Shown here one piece after another: positions 13,401 through 25,920 of a stretch of 64,000 nucleotides of DNA (within the stretch, counting starts at the first letter, position 1; the number at the start of each line of letters is the position of its first letter). Source of the DNA: Phoronis australis (taxonomy: Eukaryota; Animalia; Phoronida); assembly GCA_002633005.1 (NCBI GenBank), contig NMRA01000091.1, positions 322,445-386,444 on the forward strand. Direction: 5' to 3'. The translations under genes were made by a program, and so were the position numbers. Below the pieces are notes generated by a model. The model was not told where the DNA came from, searched no databases, and saw only the letters and a program-made list of their open reading frames with translations.

Positions 13401-13464
13401 CGGAAGTGGTGTCCAAGGCAGCTATAGGGGTGGATACCAAGGGGGGAGAGGGAACAACTGGTAG
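3896..13464 (+). CDS. CDK12: Cyclin-dependent kinase 12/13 (CDK12-like), spliced, 5'-partial: join(3896..4444,5236..5391,6131..6267,6498..6668,9042..9231,9687..9848,10621..10815,11157..11288,12237..13464)
   Basis: Manual exon assembly with GT-AG junctions and matching phases. RS-rich N-terminal part, [18 protein letters not shown] helix, [38 protein letters not shown], and the C-terminal extension [13 protein letters not shown] typical of CDK12/13. Single invertebrate co-ortholog, so CDK12 vs CDK13 is not resolvable. Confidence 0.95.
5236..5391 (+). CDS. CDK12: CDK12/13 exon, pre-kinase linker
   Basis: ttttcag| acceptor, HRSRYDRES...IRDLPMPP...MRKP, donor aa|gtaagt; phases match both neighbours. 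Confidence 0.85.
5914..6130. repeat. 43-bp tandem repeat x5 ending in a CDK12 splice acceptor
   Basis: Unit actcttgatattgcctagtgcattcattatatgcttgtaatcc at 5914, 5957, 6000, 6043 and 6086. Confidence 0.95.
6131..6267 (+). CDS. CDK12: CDK12/13 exon, kinase subdomain I
   Basis: [32 protein letters not shown]; atccag| and g|gtaaat. Confidence 0.95.
6498..6668 (+). CDS. CDK12: CDK12/13 exon, PITAIRE region
   Basis: [54 protein letters not shown]; aacag| and g|gtagat. Confidence 0.96.
8753..8925. repeat. 44-bp tandem repeat x4
   Basis: Unit ttagatgtggtttgaatggtgttcaagcacatgaaccatattgt. Confidence 0.95.
9042..9231 (+). CDS. CDK12: CDK12/13 exon, hinge and catalytic loop
   Basis: [20 protein letters not shown]...[14 protein letters not shown]; ttcag| and ag|gtaaca. 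Confidence 0.96.
9506..9598. repeat. 32-bp tandem repeat x3
   Basis: Unit agtgtctgctggttataccaagtacgtttatt. Confidence 0.9.
9687..9848 (+). CDS. CDK12: CDK12/13 exon, DFG and T-loop
   Basis: [54 protein letters not shown]; donor gg|gtaagt. Confidence 0.96.
10621..10815 (+). CDS. CDK12: CDK12/13 exon, C-lobe
   Basis: [44 protein letters not shown]...RLREEFS; ttccag| and tt|gtaagt. Confidence 0.95.
11157..11288 (+). CDS. CDK12: CDK12/13 exon, kinase subdomain XI
   Basis: [32 protein letters not shown]; tttcag| and ga|gtacgt. Confidence 0.93.
12237..13464 (+). CDS. CDK12: CDK12/13 terminal coding exon, C-terminal extension plus low-complexity tail
   Basis: ttccag| then [17 protein letters not shown], long S/Q/P-rich tail, TAG ending at 13464. 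Confidence 0.92.
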
Positions 13465-16400
13465 AGGGAACTTGCTGAGGGGTAATCATGCTTGTGGTGG
13501 ATAACGGGAACTAGTGCAGCGTTGAGTTGTTAAAATTGATGTTTATGTCTTGTGTAGAGTTTATGTGAGACTCGCTGGATGGAGCACTGTTGTGCATAAA
13601 GAGCTACGGTCATTCTACGTTGGATAAATAGTGTGCAACTAATTTGTTGAAGGTGTACAGTGTTGGATGAAGGATGACGTTTGTGTTTTATATGAGAAAG
13701 TGCAGCTGTACTGCTTTGGAGGAAGAACAGGACGTCATTTTGTTATCCGCTAAGTTTGGCACATTGTGCGTTGGATAAAGACTGATGATGGAAGGAAGAT
13801 TTGTTGTTGAGCATGGTGTTCAATAAAGGATGGCCATACTGTGCTGGACCAGGATTGGCCAGTTAGTTTGATGGCATGTTATAGTTGTACAGTGTAGACA
13901 AAGGATGACCTGCTCGCCTGTGCTGTGTGGCTTGGTTGCTTCTAAGTGACGGCTCCTGCCACTCACGTGCCTGAATTGTGTTCTGCTGTCAGGGCCCTGG
14001 ATGCCTAGATTTGGAGGCCGAATATCAGCCTGGTTCCCCTCTGAAAAATATTTGAAAAGAACATTAAGTGCGCCTTACCAGACCAAAAAACTCCTGTTGG
14101 GTGATTGAAATTTCCCGCAAAATCAGACTTAGTTTGAACTCACAGACATTCTGCCTCAGAGTGGTATTTTCCCCTCATTGCTCTAACTTGCTTCTTCAAA
14201 AGGCGCAGGTCCCTTTCCCTTAAGGTGGACGAGGACCCCGGCTGAACTGCTGATTTGATGAAAATGTTGCTTGGTAGGGACTGGATTTGAGTTCCTTACT
14301 GAAGATAAGAGATGGCAGTGTAGTTTTGATGCATATTGTATGAGTTTAAAGTTTGAACCTTTCTTTATTTCACATTTTGGTTTTGACTTTTTTGTAACGT
14401 TTTGCTAAATAATTTTTAAGTTGTTATGCTTTTCAGATATTGCGAAGGATTACACCATTCATTAAATTAAAAATTTATTCAATCTAAATGTACGGTAAAA
14501 AATACGGTATCAGTGTCCGTCATCAGCAGTGTTTCCTCACTGTCTCGCCTATATTTTCAGGAAGTTGATCTCGGCGTTCAGTTTTTGTTACTTTAGACAC
14601 CCCTAAGGCCTACTTCAGTAATGCAGGGATTGACATTGCCCTTGGAATAAGGATTCACAAGCTAACTTGCATAGTAATTGGTACCTCGATTTGAAAATAC
14701 CAAATGCATTTTACAAACATTTTTCTCTTGCTATTTGTGTTTTGTGTCTTATTTTACTCGTCAGTCCATTAGTTCACAAGTGCAAACCCCTGACAACCGG
14801 GTTTCTACATTTTGAAATGTGGCTAAATATCTTTCATCATACTGCTTTGTTTGTGGCTGTATTTCGTCAAAATTGCCTGGAAATTCAGTTTTTGCCCACC
14901 CTGACTAAAAGATTTAGCAGCTTAGTGCAGTAGTGTCAAGTCAATTCGTAACAGAATTCTACTGCATTGCTGATTTACCTCTACAAATGTTCCTTTTCAT
15001 TGCAAAATAATTAAATGTGCCAGTGTTGGATATAGTTGGACTAAGTTTTGTCCTAGTTTGTCCAGACAAATTTTGAAGACCGTATATCGTGAAGCAAAAC
15101 TACCTGTTGTTGCAAGCTTTTGGTGAAAGTGTGTAAGCCGTCGTTCCCATGGCGGATTCAAGCTACGATGGGTCCCTCCTCTAGTGTGCTTATGTATAGC
15201 TTATGCTGTTGAATACAGCCAGTCATGCTCAAAGGAGAAGGCATCAACACCAAAGCACTTACCCTCTTTAAACCTGTAAATGCATATCTTATAATTATAG
15301 TCTTTGTTGATCTAATCTAGGGGGCTTCATTTTCTGTTGTACTTAGGTTCTGTGTCTATGGTATTGCTGCCTCAAGTGTTCGTCTCCATTTTGTGTCGTG
15401 GCTGTAAGCATTTAAGGTTAAGTTTATGTAGAACCTTGTTCACAAGTCTGTATTTAGCCAAATAATTGCATAATTGGATATATTTCCTGAAAGTTGAAAG
15501 CCTGTATAATTTGATGTTTGGCTCTACATCAAACTGCTACTAATCTGGTCACATGATGATGTTGGTTTTGTAAAATTAAGCAAAAAAGAAAGGTACTTTC
15601 ATAGCAAAACTACGGTATCAATAACATGACCAAATTTCTTAGGTTTAAATGTTCAAGATGAAGGCTCAAAACCACTGTTACATTTTTCTAAATTATCATT
15701 CCGTTATAAGCAACTTTTTTCATAGAAATAAAAGTCCTATTTTGATAGCCAATCTTACAAAAGTGGACCAATTTGAAAACAATTCTTAACACTGTTGTGG
15801 AGAACGGTGCGTAAAACATGTTATCTGAAACTTTTGTGAATCCAATGAACCATTTGTCAATACGCTGAAATAAACACTGGAACCCCGAGTGATAAACCAC
15901 AGGTCTTTTAGATTGCTAGTCTAGTGTTCGATTCCCTGTTGGGGTTCTTGATTTCTTGTTTATTTCAGTGTTTATTTGATTCACTATTGGCCAGCATCAG
16001 CGTCTATATATTTGACAGATATGTTGCTCCGAAATTGGCCAAATTTGGACATTTGTCCAGGGTCCTACATAGCCATAATGATATTCTTGTACACGGGCAC
16101 AAGTTAGCCCACCAGTTAAAGTGCAAACTAGCCACTGTGGTTTCCTTAAGCGTTGATAGTTTCTGCATTACGCAGAATATTCACTACAAGGGGTAATGCT
16201 TAATAAGTGGTCAGTGTATATGTGTGATTGAGACTGGTGATGCTTCACATGATCGCCAGTCGTTGGATTACAACTGACCTCTTCAGGGATAAAACAGATG
16301 TGACAAGTGCAATGATATGGATTGTGGGAAATGGCCCCTTTTGTGGAGATGGAACAAATATGTGTCCAGTCACCTGGTGGCATCAAGGGGGGGTGACCAC

Positions 16401-18299
16401 AAGTCTACACTGATAACGCACGCATCAGTTTTTATCTACCTTTGGATTGATCATGTCGTTTTCATGTCAGTATTGTATATTGTATAATGCATTCTGTTAA
16501 GAAAGACCGGCTTTGTGTAAATAATTGATGTACATTGTTGGCTGTATTTCTTGTTCATGATTCTTCAGCTTTGTACTTATGTGATTGTATAGTGATTCAA
16601 ATGGAATACAGTTTAAGTTGTTCATACATCCATTGCCTTGCCACACTTCCTGCTTCACATTAGTTCTGCTCGTCAAGGTGAATGAGAGACTGATCGTTAT
16701 TCAGCAAGTTCTCTTTACAAGGCCATTTCGCCGTCATTGGCATTGTTGGACAGTGCTGTTGCTGTTTTTAGTCCATAAAACTACCACATAAAATATTTAG
16801 ATGTTGGTGTGATAATTCTACAGTTTAGTCAAACTATCACTCTACTACAACTGAGAAATGATGGGCTTCGTTTTCATATTATTTTGTAGTGATTCATTTG
16901 TGCAGTATTTACTAGCACGTTTTCATACATTCCAACATTCTTGTATTCAGGAATGTTCCATATTTCAATGAAAAAAATCTGTAATACAGTTTAAGTTAAA
17001 AAACGTAGCTTTTCTCATCGGAAAAACATCGCTCCTCTTTTAATGAAAAAGGCCATAAGTGCAACCTGTGAAGGTCATGTCTTATTGTGGGGATAAGGTG
17101 CAGTCTCCTCCAAATTGTGTATTTTTTATCCTTGAATATGTTTTCGAAAGTTAATGCGTTGACGTGTCTTCTTTTTATCCGAAATTTTCTTAAAACAAAC
17201 ATCTTTTTAGCCAAGGATTAGAACAATTAGTCATTCACACATGAGTGACCTAAATATCTTGCTAGCCGACTTACTAAATACTACGTGCTTAAAACAATTC
17301 TGACTTACTAACCGTGACTTCGTCTTGTTTTATTGGCTTGTGTGAAAATAATTTTTTGTAAATTTTATGAAATTGCATAGTGACACTAATTTTTACATTT
17401 CACTCTTTGTAGTGACACTTGCAGCAATACATAATTAGGCCCTTACTTGTGGTAAATTTCAAGTTAACATTATTTTTAGTTTGAGGTAGCGATTCTAGTC
17501 CATGAAACAATCGATGAACTTCACTTTTATTTCTAGTAAATAACACACAGGTGTCTTGCATTTTTAGAAACAGTTTTCTCCACTGAATTGCAGGCCTCAA
17601 ACTGGCTCTCAAGTGGCCATCGCCCAAAAAATACTTGAATACCAAAAGTGTCTTGTTAGCTAGTTTCTGGTGCCCATTGCCTGTAAATAACTTTTTTTTT
17701 ATAATTTGTGCCAGCACTGTGCCGGGGGGGGGGGGTCTTTCGTTAGGAGCAGTTGGGAGGTACATCGGCCGTTAACTCTGGTATTGTCCCCTGTGGCACT
17801 TTGCTCTTGGGTATCGTCTAGGGTGGGTATTTTGGCAGCTTTGTGGTATTGCCTTGAGTAGGTAAATGAAAGAAATGGCCTCTGCAGGGGGAGCAAAAGT
17901 GATGTTGCGTTGATTCGGTTTTTAATCATTTCATGTTGTATCTCAATCATACAGGTGTAATTGGTGTGGATTTTGAATGTGGTAACACCCTGTACCCACA
18001 GTGTAGAAGGAAGCCGCCTAGCTGTATTGTTTTGATACCGTTAGTTATAATTACCAAGGAGTAAGTTTTAGCTGTAGATGATGCTGTTCCCAAAGTGTTG
18101 AGTTGTAAACAAAACACTGTAGCTGTGAAAAACGTCACAAAAAACGTCACACTGGAAGTATATTAGGCATCATGCTGTCATGCAGTGTTCGGTGTTGTTT
18201 CTCTAAATCCCCTTTATGGATATTTGTGAAAATTTGCAGACAATCATGTTCCTATCGTGAGGACAGCATGAACAAATTGTTGGACGGACATGGCTTCTG

Positions 18300-21200
18300 C
18301 TGTGCCCCCTAGTGGCAATTTTTATGTGCCCACATATTTTGGAATTTTTGCACCTCCGTCTACTGGTGTGCCCCCTAGTAGCAATTTTTTTACGTTCACC
18401 TCTGTATTTTCGGAGGTCCTCAACGGTTTCTCATAAAACTTAGCTGTTAGGCATCCATTAATGAGATGACGCTATTCTTCTTATCCCTTTTTGGATGCAT
18501 TCGACGTACTTTGAGCCACCTAGTGGCCATTTTTACTGCCTTTCTGTCAACCAAACCGCTTTAGGGATGATTGTGAAAACTTGACACGTATGTTCTTGCT
18601 GTGAAGAGGCCAGCTGATGATTTTCCGACGACTTTGACTATTGTGGCACCTCCCAGTGGCAGTGTTGTTTGTGTTTGCACCCATGGTTGCATCTCCTAAA
18701 CTATACAGGATCTTTATTAAATGTTGCAAGTGTATTTATATGAAGTTGACAACAGATGATGACAAGTTTCGGGTGTATCGGACTACCGGTGTGCCCCCTA
18801 GTGGCAATTTTAGTTTTTTTTAGTTTACCTCTATCTTCAAAGGTCCTCAACACACTTTCAGAAAATTTGCCAGATAGGCATCTATTAGTGAGCTGCTGCT
18901 ATCCTCTGGTTTTTAGATTGATTCGAGGTATTTTGCACTGCCTAGTGGCCATTGTTTTTCTTTTTGAGTCTGTTTTTTGGCGTCTGCCCCTCTGTCAACC
19001 AAACCACTATAAGGGAGATTGTGGAAATTGGCATCTATGTTCCTACTGTGAAGAGGATGGCTGGCGATGATTTCGAATGACCTTGACGACTGCGGTCCCT
19101 TCCAGTGGCAGTTGTTTTTTTACGCACGTGGCTGTATGTCCTAAACCCTCTGCAGGATATTTATTAAATTTAGCAACNCAAGCTGGGTTTCATCTTCAAA
19201 GGTCCTCAACACACTTTCAGAAAATTTGCCAGATAGGCATCTATTAGTGAGCTGCTGCTATCCTCTGGTTTTTGGATTGATTCGAGGTATTTTGCACTGC
19301 CTAGTGGCCATTGTTTTTCTTTTTGAGTCTGTTTTTTGGCGTCTGCCCCTCTGTCAACCAAACCACTATAAGGGAGATTGTGGAAATTGGCATCTATGTT
19401 CCTACTGTGAAGAGGATGGCTGGCGATGATTTCGAATGACCTTGACGACTGCGGTCCCTTCCAGTGGCAGTTGTTTTTTTACGCACGTGGCTGTATGTCC
19501 TAAACCCTCTGCAGGATATTTATTAAATTTAGCAACTGTATTTATGTGTTGTTGACAACGAGCGACGATAACTTTCAGATGTATCCGACAAACACTGTGC
19601 CCCCTAGTGGCAATTTCATTTTTCCTGTTTTCCTCTTTCTCTGAAGCTGTTTATTGGGTTTTTATGTAATTTGCTAAATAGCTTTCTATTGAACCGATGA
19701 CATGTTCCTGTTTTCGGAAGGATTCAACAAATTTTGCGCCATCTGGTGGCTGCTCATTAGTCCATTTTTGGCAACCACCCATCTATCAACCAAAGCACTC
19801 CCACTCTAAGGATGATTGTGAAAATTGGCTTATATGTTCTTAGTGTGAAGAGGACAGATGTGGTGCCCTCTAGTGGCCTTGTTATTTTCATTTTTACATC
19901 GTGTCTTCTGCTTCCTGCTGGTTGAAATCAGCATTTAGTTCTGGTAATGCCCAATTTAGTGGGAATGTTTATAATGAGCATCTCTTGTATATGTTATGCA
20001 GGTGTTGGGCACATGTCACCGCTCAGTGTTGGTCTTGGTTTCCAGTTTGAAGTTGGCAATTCTGTCCCTGCGTAGGTCAATCGTAATTCTTGTAATTATT
20101 AGGAATCGCTTGTTCTTTCAGCGTCATTATTAGAAACAAATGAGCCGTGTTTGCCTATGGTTTTCATCTTTTGGTAAACATTCTTTCTAGAGTTTTTAAG
20201 GATATGTTACAGAAATTGGGAAGACAACGCTAATAATGAATAAATACTCAGTGCACTTGGAAACGTAAACTTAGCTTTATACATTAAATACCTGAACTCT
20301 GCAATGTATTATAAAGGACTATATTTTAATATTCGTGTGTTGGCCCAACTGACCAAGCTGGGTTTCATTTTGAGAAAAAATAAACGCAGCCGGTATGGTA
20401 CACGTAGCAGACGTGGGTGCGTCTCTCGGATGGGCCCATTGCACTGATCACCATTGTGAGAAGGATCTAAGGATGTCAAAGAAGATAATACGTACAGAAA
20501 ATAATATGGTTGTGCTGTTCGGAAGACAAAGGTTTTGTCGTCACAAAAGTGGAGTTTACAGTTTCTCTTACATTTTGGTCATGGGACAGAAGAGATTGTG
20601 GATAGAGGTAAGAAATTCATTTTATGCGCCTACATATTTAAAAGTGGGTGCATATTGCCGTCTTCACTGGGCATCCGTTGCTATATCTCCTAAACCCCTT
20701 GCTGGATCATGAGATTTGATAGATGTGTTCCTGTGGGGCTGACCAGACAACTACGAGTTTCAAACTGATAGGACTACTGCTTTGCCCCCTAGTGCCAGTT
20801 ATATTTTTTTACATTTGCCTCTTGTAATCTATGGAGTTTCTTGATGGATTTCAATGAAATTTAGCAAATAGGTTAGAATTAAAGAGACTACGGCACTTTT
20901 CCATTTTCGGACGGATTTGGTATATTTTGCACCACCTGGTGGCCATTTTAAAAATTTTTGGCTACATGTTTGACATCAGTCTCTTACTCCACCTATCCAT
21001 GCAAAGGATAATTTGAAAATTGGTAGATCACGACTGGTGTTGATTTTTCGTACAGGTTTTACTAAACTGGCACCTTCTAGTGACAATTTTGTTTTTTGCC
21101 TCAACGGCTGTATCAGCTTTGGGCTAGTCCACGTCGCCCTGCATTGCTCTTGTTGATTGTATTGCATAGGTGGACTTAGGGACCCCTATGGACATATCAA

Positions 21201-24200
21201 AAAGCACTGGTATGCCATATGCACCGGTATCCCATCTTCCTTCAAAAATTGTGGTTGCCCTTGGTAACATCCTAGATCTGCCCAATCGTTCAGTGCCGAC
21301 ATTCAAACTGTAATCCATAAGTGTACAAGGACACTTGAGTTGCCTCAAAATTCAACCCTGCCTGGTGGTTTGGGTAACTGTCCTAGTTCTGTTGCACACC
21401 CAGTAGAATTAATGAGGAACATAATGTGACAACCATTTTGGGTTTAAAATCACATTTCTTGTTTCTTTGATGAATACCGGCAAATTTCGAGGTGCGCAAA
21501 CTGGTTGAGTTGCCCAGTGAGGGTGTTAATGTAGGATTCTTTTCATGCCAATTTAAGGGACATGGATTTGCTATCAGTGACCTTAGTTTTGTTGATAATA
21601 TAGTTGCGGACTTCCATAGAATCAAAATTGCATTTTTTTGTTTTTAACAAATTTTCAATTTTGAGAATGCACAAAAAGTAAGAATGTTCGATTAGAACTA
21701 AAACAAAACTTAAACATTCAGATTGCTGCAGCTATTAATCTCTGAATTAAGAAAAATAAAATCCACATCCCTGTGTTGTATCCAAAATAGATGTCGCCAT
21801 AAGTCTGAGGTTAAGTGTTCAAACATGACATGTTACACCAAGACTTGGCTAGGAGAGGTGCTTTTGTCTCTTAAAACATCAAAGGACTTCTGGCAACAGT
21901 AAGGTAAGGCCCCAGCCAAGCAGCAAGTCGAGCCAATTTATAAAGACATGTCCCAGTCAGTTGAGAGTGTAAATCTTTGTTAGGAAATAGTTTGCCTGTA
22001 CTTTTTCCCACTAGATTAAGTTTACTTATATTAGACATGAATAACATGGTACTCCATCATTTGGAAGGTCATCCCTACTATGTACAAAACATGTATAAAA
22101 ACATCTATTTTATATCTAAATTCTAATTGTCTGAAAACAATGATATCTTGACTGCAAAAATTGTATTAGGTTGACAATATTCGGGACTTTTGTTGTTTTT
22201 GGAGACTTCCTTTTTCAATATGAAAAATTAAAAATACTCCCAAACTCTTCAGAGTATTGCTCTATAATTAACAGTTTTTTTTAGAACATTTATCATGTGG
22301 TGATTTTTCACATGTTTTGATTTCTTTGCCAAATAAAAACATCACCGGCTGAGGTCAATGTTTTTGTTTCTCTGCCAAGCTTGAGAATGAAAACTAACTA
22401 AAGCTTCCGACTTTTTGTGTCTTAGTATGTTGTAATCCTGTTTATAAACACCATAAGTGCTTTTGGATTATTCACCAGTGAATAAGTTCAGATTTTTTAA
22501 AAATGTGATTACTTACTAAGGTGCACTGTCATAAGATTAATTATAATAAACCACTTTGACTGGAAATAAGTATATCAGTGCTGCGTAGATGAGCATCCGA
22601 CATTTGAATTTGTTTTCCAAATACTTTGATGAATTAAACTTTCACAATTTAATTCATAATTTCGGTATAATTATGATGAGAATATAACTGCAATCTAGGC
22701 AGGGCTTTCACCTAGTGGGTGCATATTGCTGTCATCTTTGTCATCCACAGCAGTATCTCCAAAACTCTTCACAGAATCTTGATGAGATTTGGCTGTGCCC
22801 CCTAGTGGCAATTTTAACTTTTTTTACTGTTGTCTCTATTGGATTTTTATGAAATTTGGTAAATAGGTTTCAGTTAAGGAGACCGCATCAACTTTCCATT
22901 TTCGGATGGCTCTTGACGATTCTGTGCTGCCTAGTAGCCATTTTTATAATTTTCGAGTCAGTTTTTTGACGTGCACCTTTCTAATGTCCAAAGCGTTTAA
23001 AGAGTCATGAAAATTGACAAGTGTGTTCCTAATTAGTAGACCGCAGCTGACGTATGGTTTGATTACTCTGACGCCCCTAGTGGGGATTTTGTTTCATTTT
23101 GCGTCCGTGACTGTATCTCCTTAACCTTTTGCAAGTTATTTGTGGAATTCGGCAGATGTGTTTCTATGGAGCTGACAACAGACGACGAGTTTAAGACCTA
23201 TCCAACGATTGGTGCATCCCCTAGTGACAATTTAAGTTCTCCTATCTTCGGAGTTCATTGATGGATATTTATATGTGGACGCATATGCCATCATCTCCAT
23301 CCGTCCGGCATCCGCTGCTCTATCTCCAAAATGCCTTGACGTATGTTCATGAAATTTTGCACATTTTCCTTCCGTGGATGAGAGACGGCATGAGCAAACT
23401 TTCGGACGGATCCGACTACCGTTGTGCCCCCTAGTGGCAGTTTACGTTTTTTTATGTTTACCTCTGCATGTTCATAAGTCCTGAAAGGATTTTCATAAAA
23501 TTTGAAATATAGGCACCTATTAGTGAGGTGATGCTAACCTCACGTTTTCGGATGGATTCGACCTAGTTTGTGCCACCTAGTGGCCATTTTTACTGTTTTC
23601 GAGTCTGCTTTTTTGCGTCCGCCCTTCTATCAACCAAACCGCTCAAAGGATGATTTTGAAAATTGGCATGTATGTTTTTACTTTGAAGTGGACGGCTGAC
23701 GGTGATTTTCTGAAGACTTCGACTACTGTGGCACCTCCTAGTAGCAGTTTTGTTTTTTTGCGCCTATGGCTGTATCTCCTAAACCGTTTGCAGGATCTTT
23801 ACTAAATTTTGTAAGTGTATTTAAATGATGTTAACAACAGAGGACGACGACTTTCAGATGGATCTGGTTACTGGTGTGCCACCTAGTGGCAATTTTTTTT
23901 TTTTACGTTTACCTCAACGAATTTTCATAAAATTTGGCATACCGGTATCTATTAAGGAAGTGACGCTATCTCTATGTTTTCAGATGGATTCGACCTAGTT
24001 TGCACCACCTAGTGGCCATTTTTACTGTTTTCGAGTCCACCCCTTTATCAACCAAACAGCTCTAAGGATGATTGTGAAAATTGGCATGTATGTTCCAACT
24101 ATGAAGAGGACGGTTGACGATTTTCTGACGAGTTCAACTACTGTGGTGCCTTCTAGTGGCAGTTTTGTTTTTTTTTGCGCTCATGGCTGTATCTCCTGAA

Positions 24201-25920
24201 CCATATGCAGCATCTTTACTTAGTTTAGCATGTGTATTTATATGATGTTGACAATGGACGACGATGACTTTGTGGCGGATCTGACTACTTGTGTACCCCC
24301 TAGTGGCAATTTTAGCTTTTTAAGTTTACCAGTCTGTATCTTCAAAGGTCAACATATTTTCACAAAATTTGGTATATAGGCATTTATTAGTGAGACGACA
24401 GTATCCTCCCGTTTTCGGATGGATTTGACGTAGTTTGCGCCACTTAGTGGCCATTTTTACTGTTTTCGTGTCCACCCCTCTATCAACCAAACAGCTCTAA
24501 GGATGATTGTGAAAATTGGCGTGTATGTTCCAACTATGAAGAGGACGGTTGACGATGATTTTTCGACGACTTTGAATACTGTGGCGCCTCCTAGTGACAG
24601 TTTTGTTTTTTGCGCCTATGGCTATATCTCCTGAACTGTTTGTAGTATCTTTACTAAATTTAGTAAGTGCATTTTTTTATGATGACAACTCACGGCGACG
24701 ACATTCGGACAGATCTGACTACTGGTGTGCCACCTTGTGGCAATTTTATTTTTTTACGTTTACCTCTGTGCCTTAACGTATTTTCATAAACTTTGGTGTA
24801 CAGGCTTGTGTTAGTGAGGTGACGCTATCTTTATGTTTTCATATGGATTGGACCTAGTCTGCGCTAGCTAGTGGCCATATTTACTGTTCTTGAGTCTGTT
24901 TTTTGGCGTCCAGCCCTCTATCAACCAATATAGGATAATTGTGAAAGTTGGCATGTGTGTTTTTACTATGAAGTAGATAGGTGACGATGATTTTCTAATG
25001 ACTTCAACTACTGTTTTTTTTGCCCATGGCTGTATCTCCTAAACCGGATCTTTACTAAATTGAACAAGTGTGTTTATATGATGTTGACAACGGATGACGA
25101 CGATTTTCGAATGGATCTGATCTGACCATTGGTGTGTCCCCTGGTGGCAATTTTAGTTTTACGTTTACCTCTGTATCTTCAAAGGTCCTCAACGGATTTT
25201 CATAAAATTTTGAATATGGGCACCTATTGGTGAGATGATGCTATCCTCCCGTTTTCGGTCGGAATCAAGGTATTTTGTGCCACCTATTGGCCATTTTTGC
25301 TGTTTTTGAATCTGTTTTTTGGCATCTGTCCTTCCATCAACCAAATCATTCTGAGGATAATTTTGAAAATTGGTGTATATGTTCTCATTGTGAAGAGGAC
25401 GGTTGATGGTGACAACTTTGACTACTGTGGCGCCTCTTATTGGTAGTTATGTTTTGTTTTGTTTTATGCCCATAGCTGTATTTCATAAACCCACTGCAGG
25501 ATCTTTATTAAATTTAATTAGTAAGTGCATTTATATGCAGCTAAAAACAGACCATGACGACTTTCAGGCGGATCCAATGAACAGTGTGCTCCCTAGTGGC
25601 AATTTCATTTTATTCTGTTTTCCGTTGTTTGTCTGAAGTTCCGTGACGGATTTCTATAAAATTTTGTGTATAGCTTTCTATTAAAGAAGCAATGACATGT
25701 TCCCGTTTTCGAGTCGATTTTACGTTTTTGCACCATCTAGTGTCCATTTTTATGACAAATAAACAACCCTAAAAGCACACCAATTGCGATGCATTCATGG
25801 GTGCATTTCAACGCTCCACGTTGCTCTTATGAAACCTGGTAGTTAAGAATCCATTAAGGAAACAACAATGTCTTTCCATTTTTGGACAGATTTGATGTAT
25901 TCTGCACCACCTAGTGGGGA
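18300..25920 (-). promoter_or_regulatory. Array of ~35 co-oriented CTCF-consensus-like motifs
   Basis: + strand gccccctagtggc / ccacctagtggcc / gcgccatctggtggc / tgccctctagtggcc, which read CCACTAGGGGGC, CCACTAGGTGG, CCACCAGATGGCGC and CCACTAGAGGGCA on -. Spacing ~145 bp. Binding is not demonstrated. Confidence 0.65.
18833..19536. repeat. ~345-bp near-identical direct duplication around n at 19178, probably an assembly overlap
   Basis: 18833..19177 is nearly identical to 19192..19536, far more similar than the other array units. Confidence 0.85.

Noticed and set aside
13465-17000. Exact CDK12 3' UTR end
   Set aside because: Several AATAAA hexamers (e.g. ~13822, ~15727, ~15868) and no way to choose among them without transcript data.
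18756-19429. Two near-identical Cys-containing ORFs
   Set aside because: Chance translations of the satellite unit within the n-flanked duplication.
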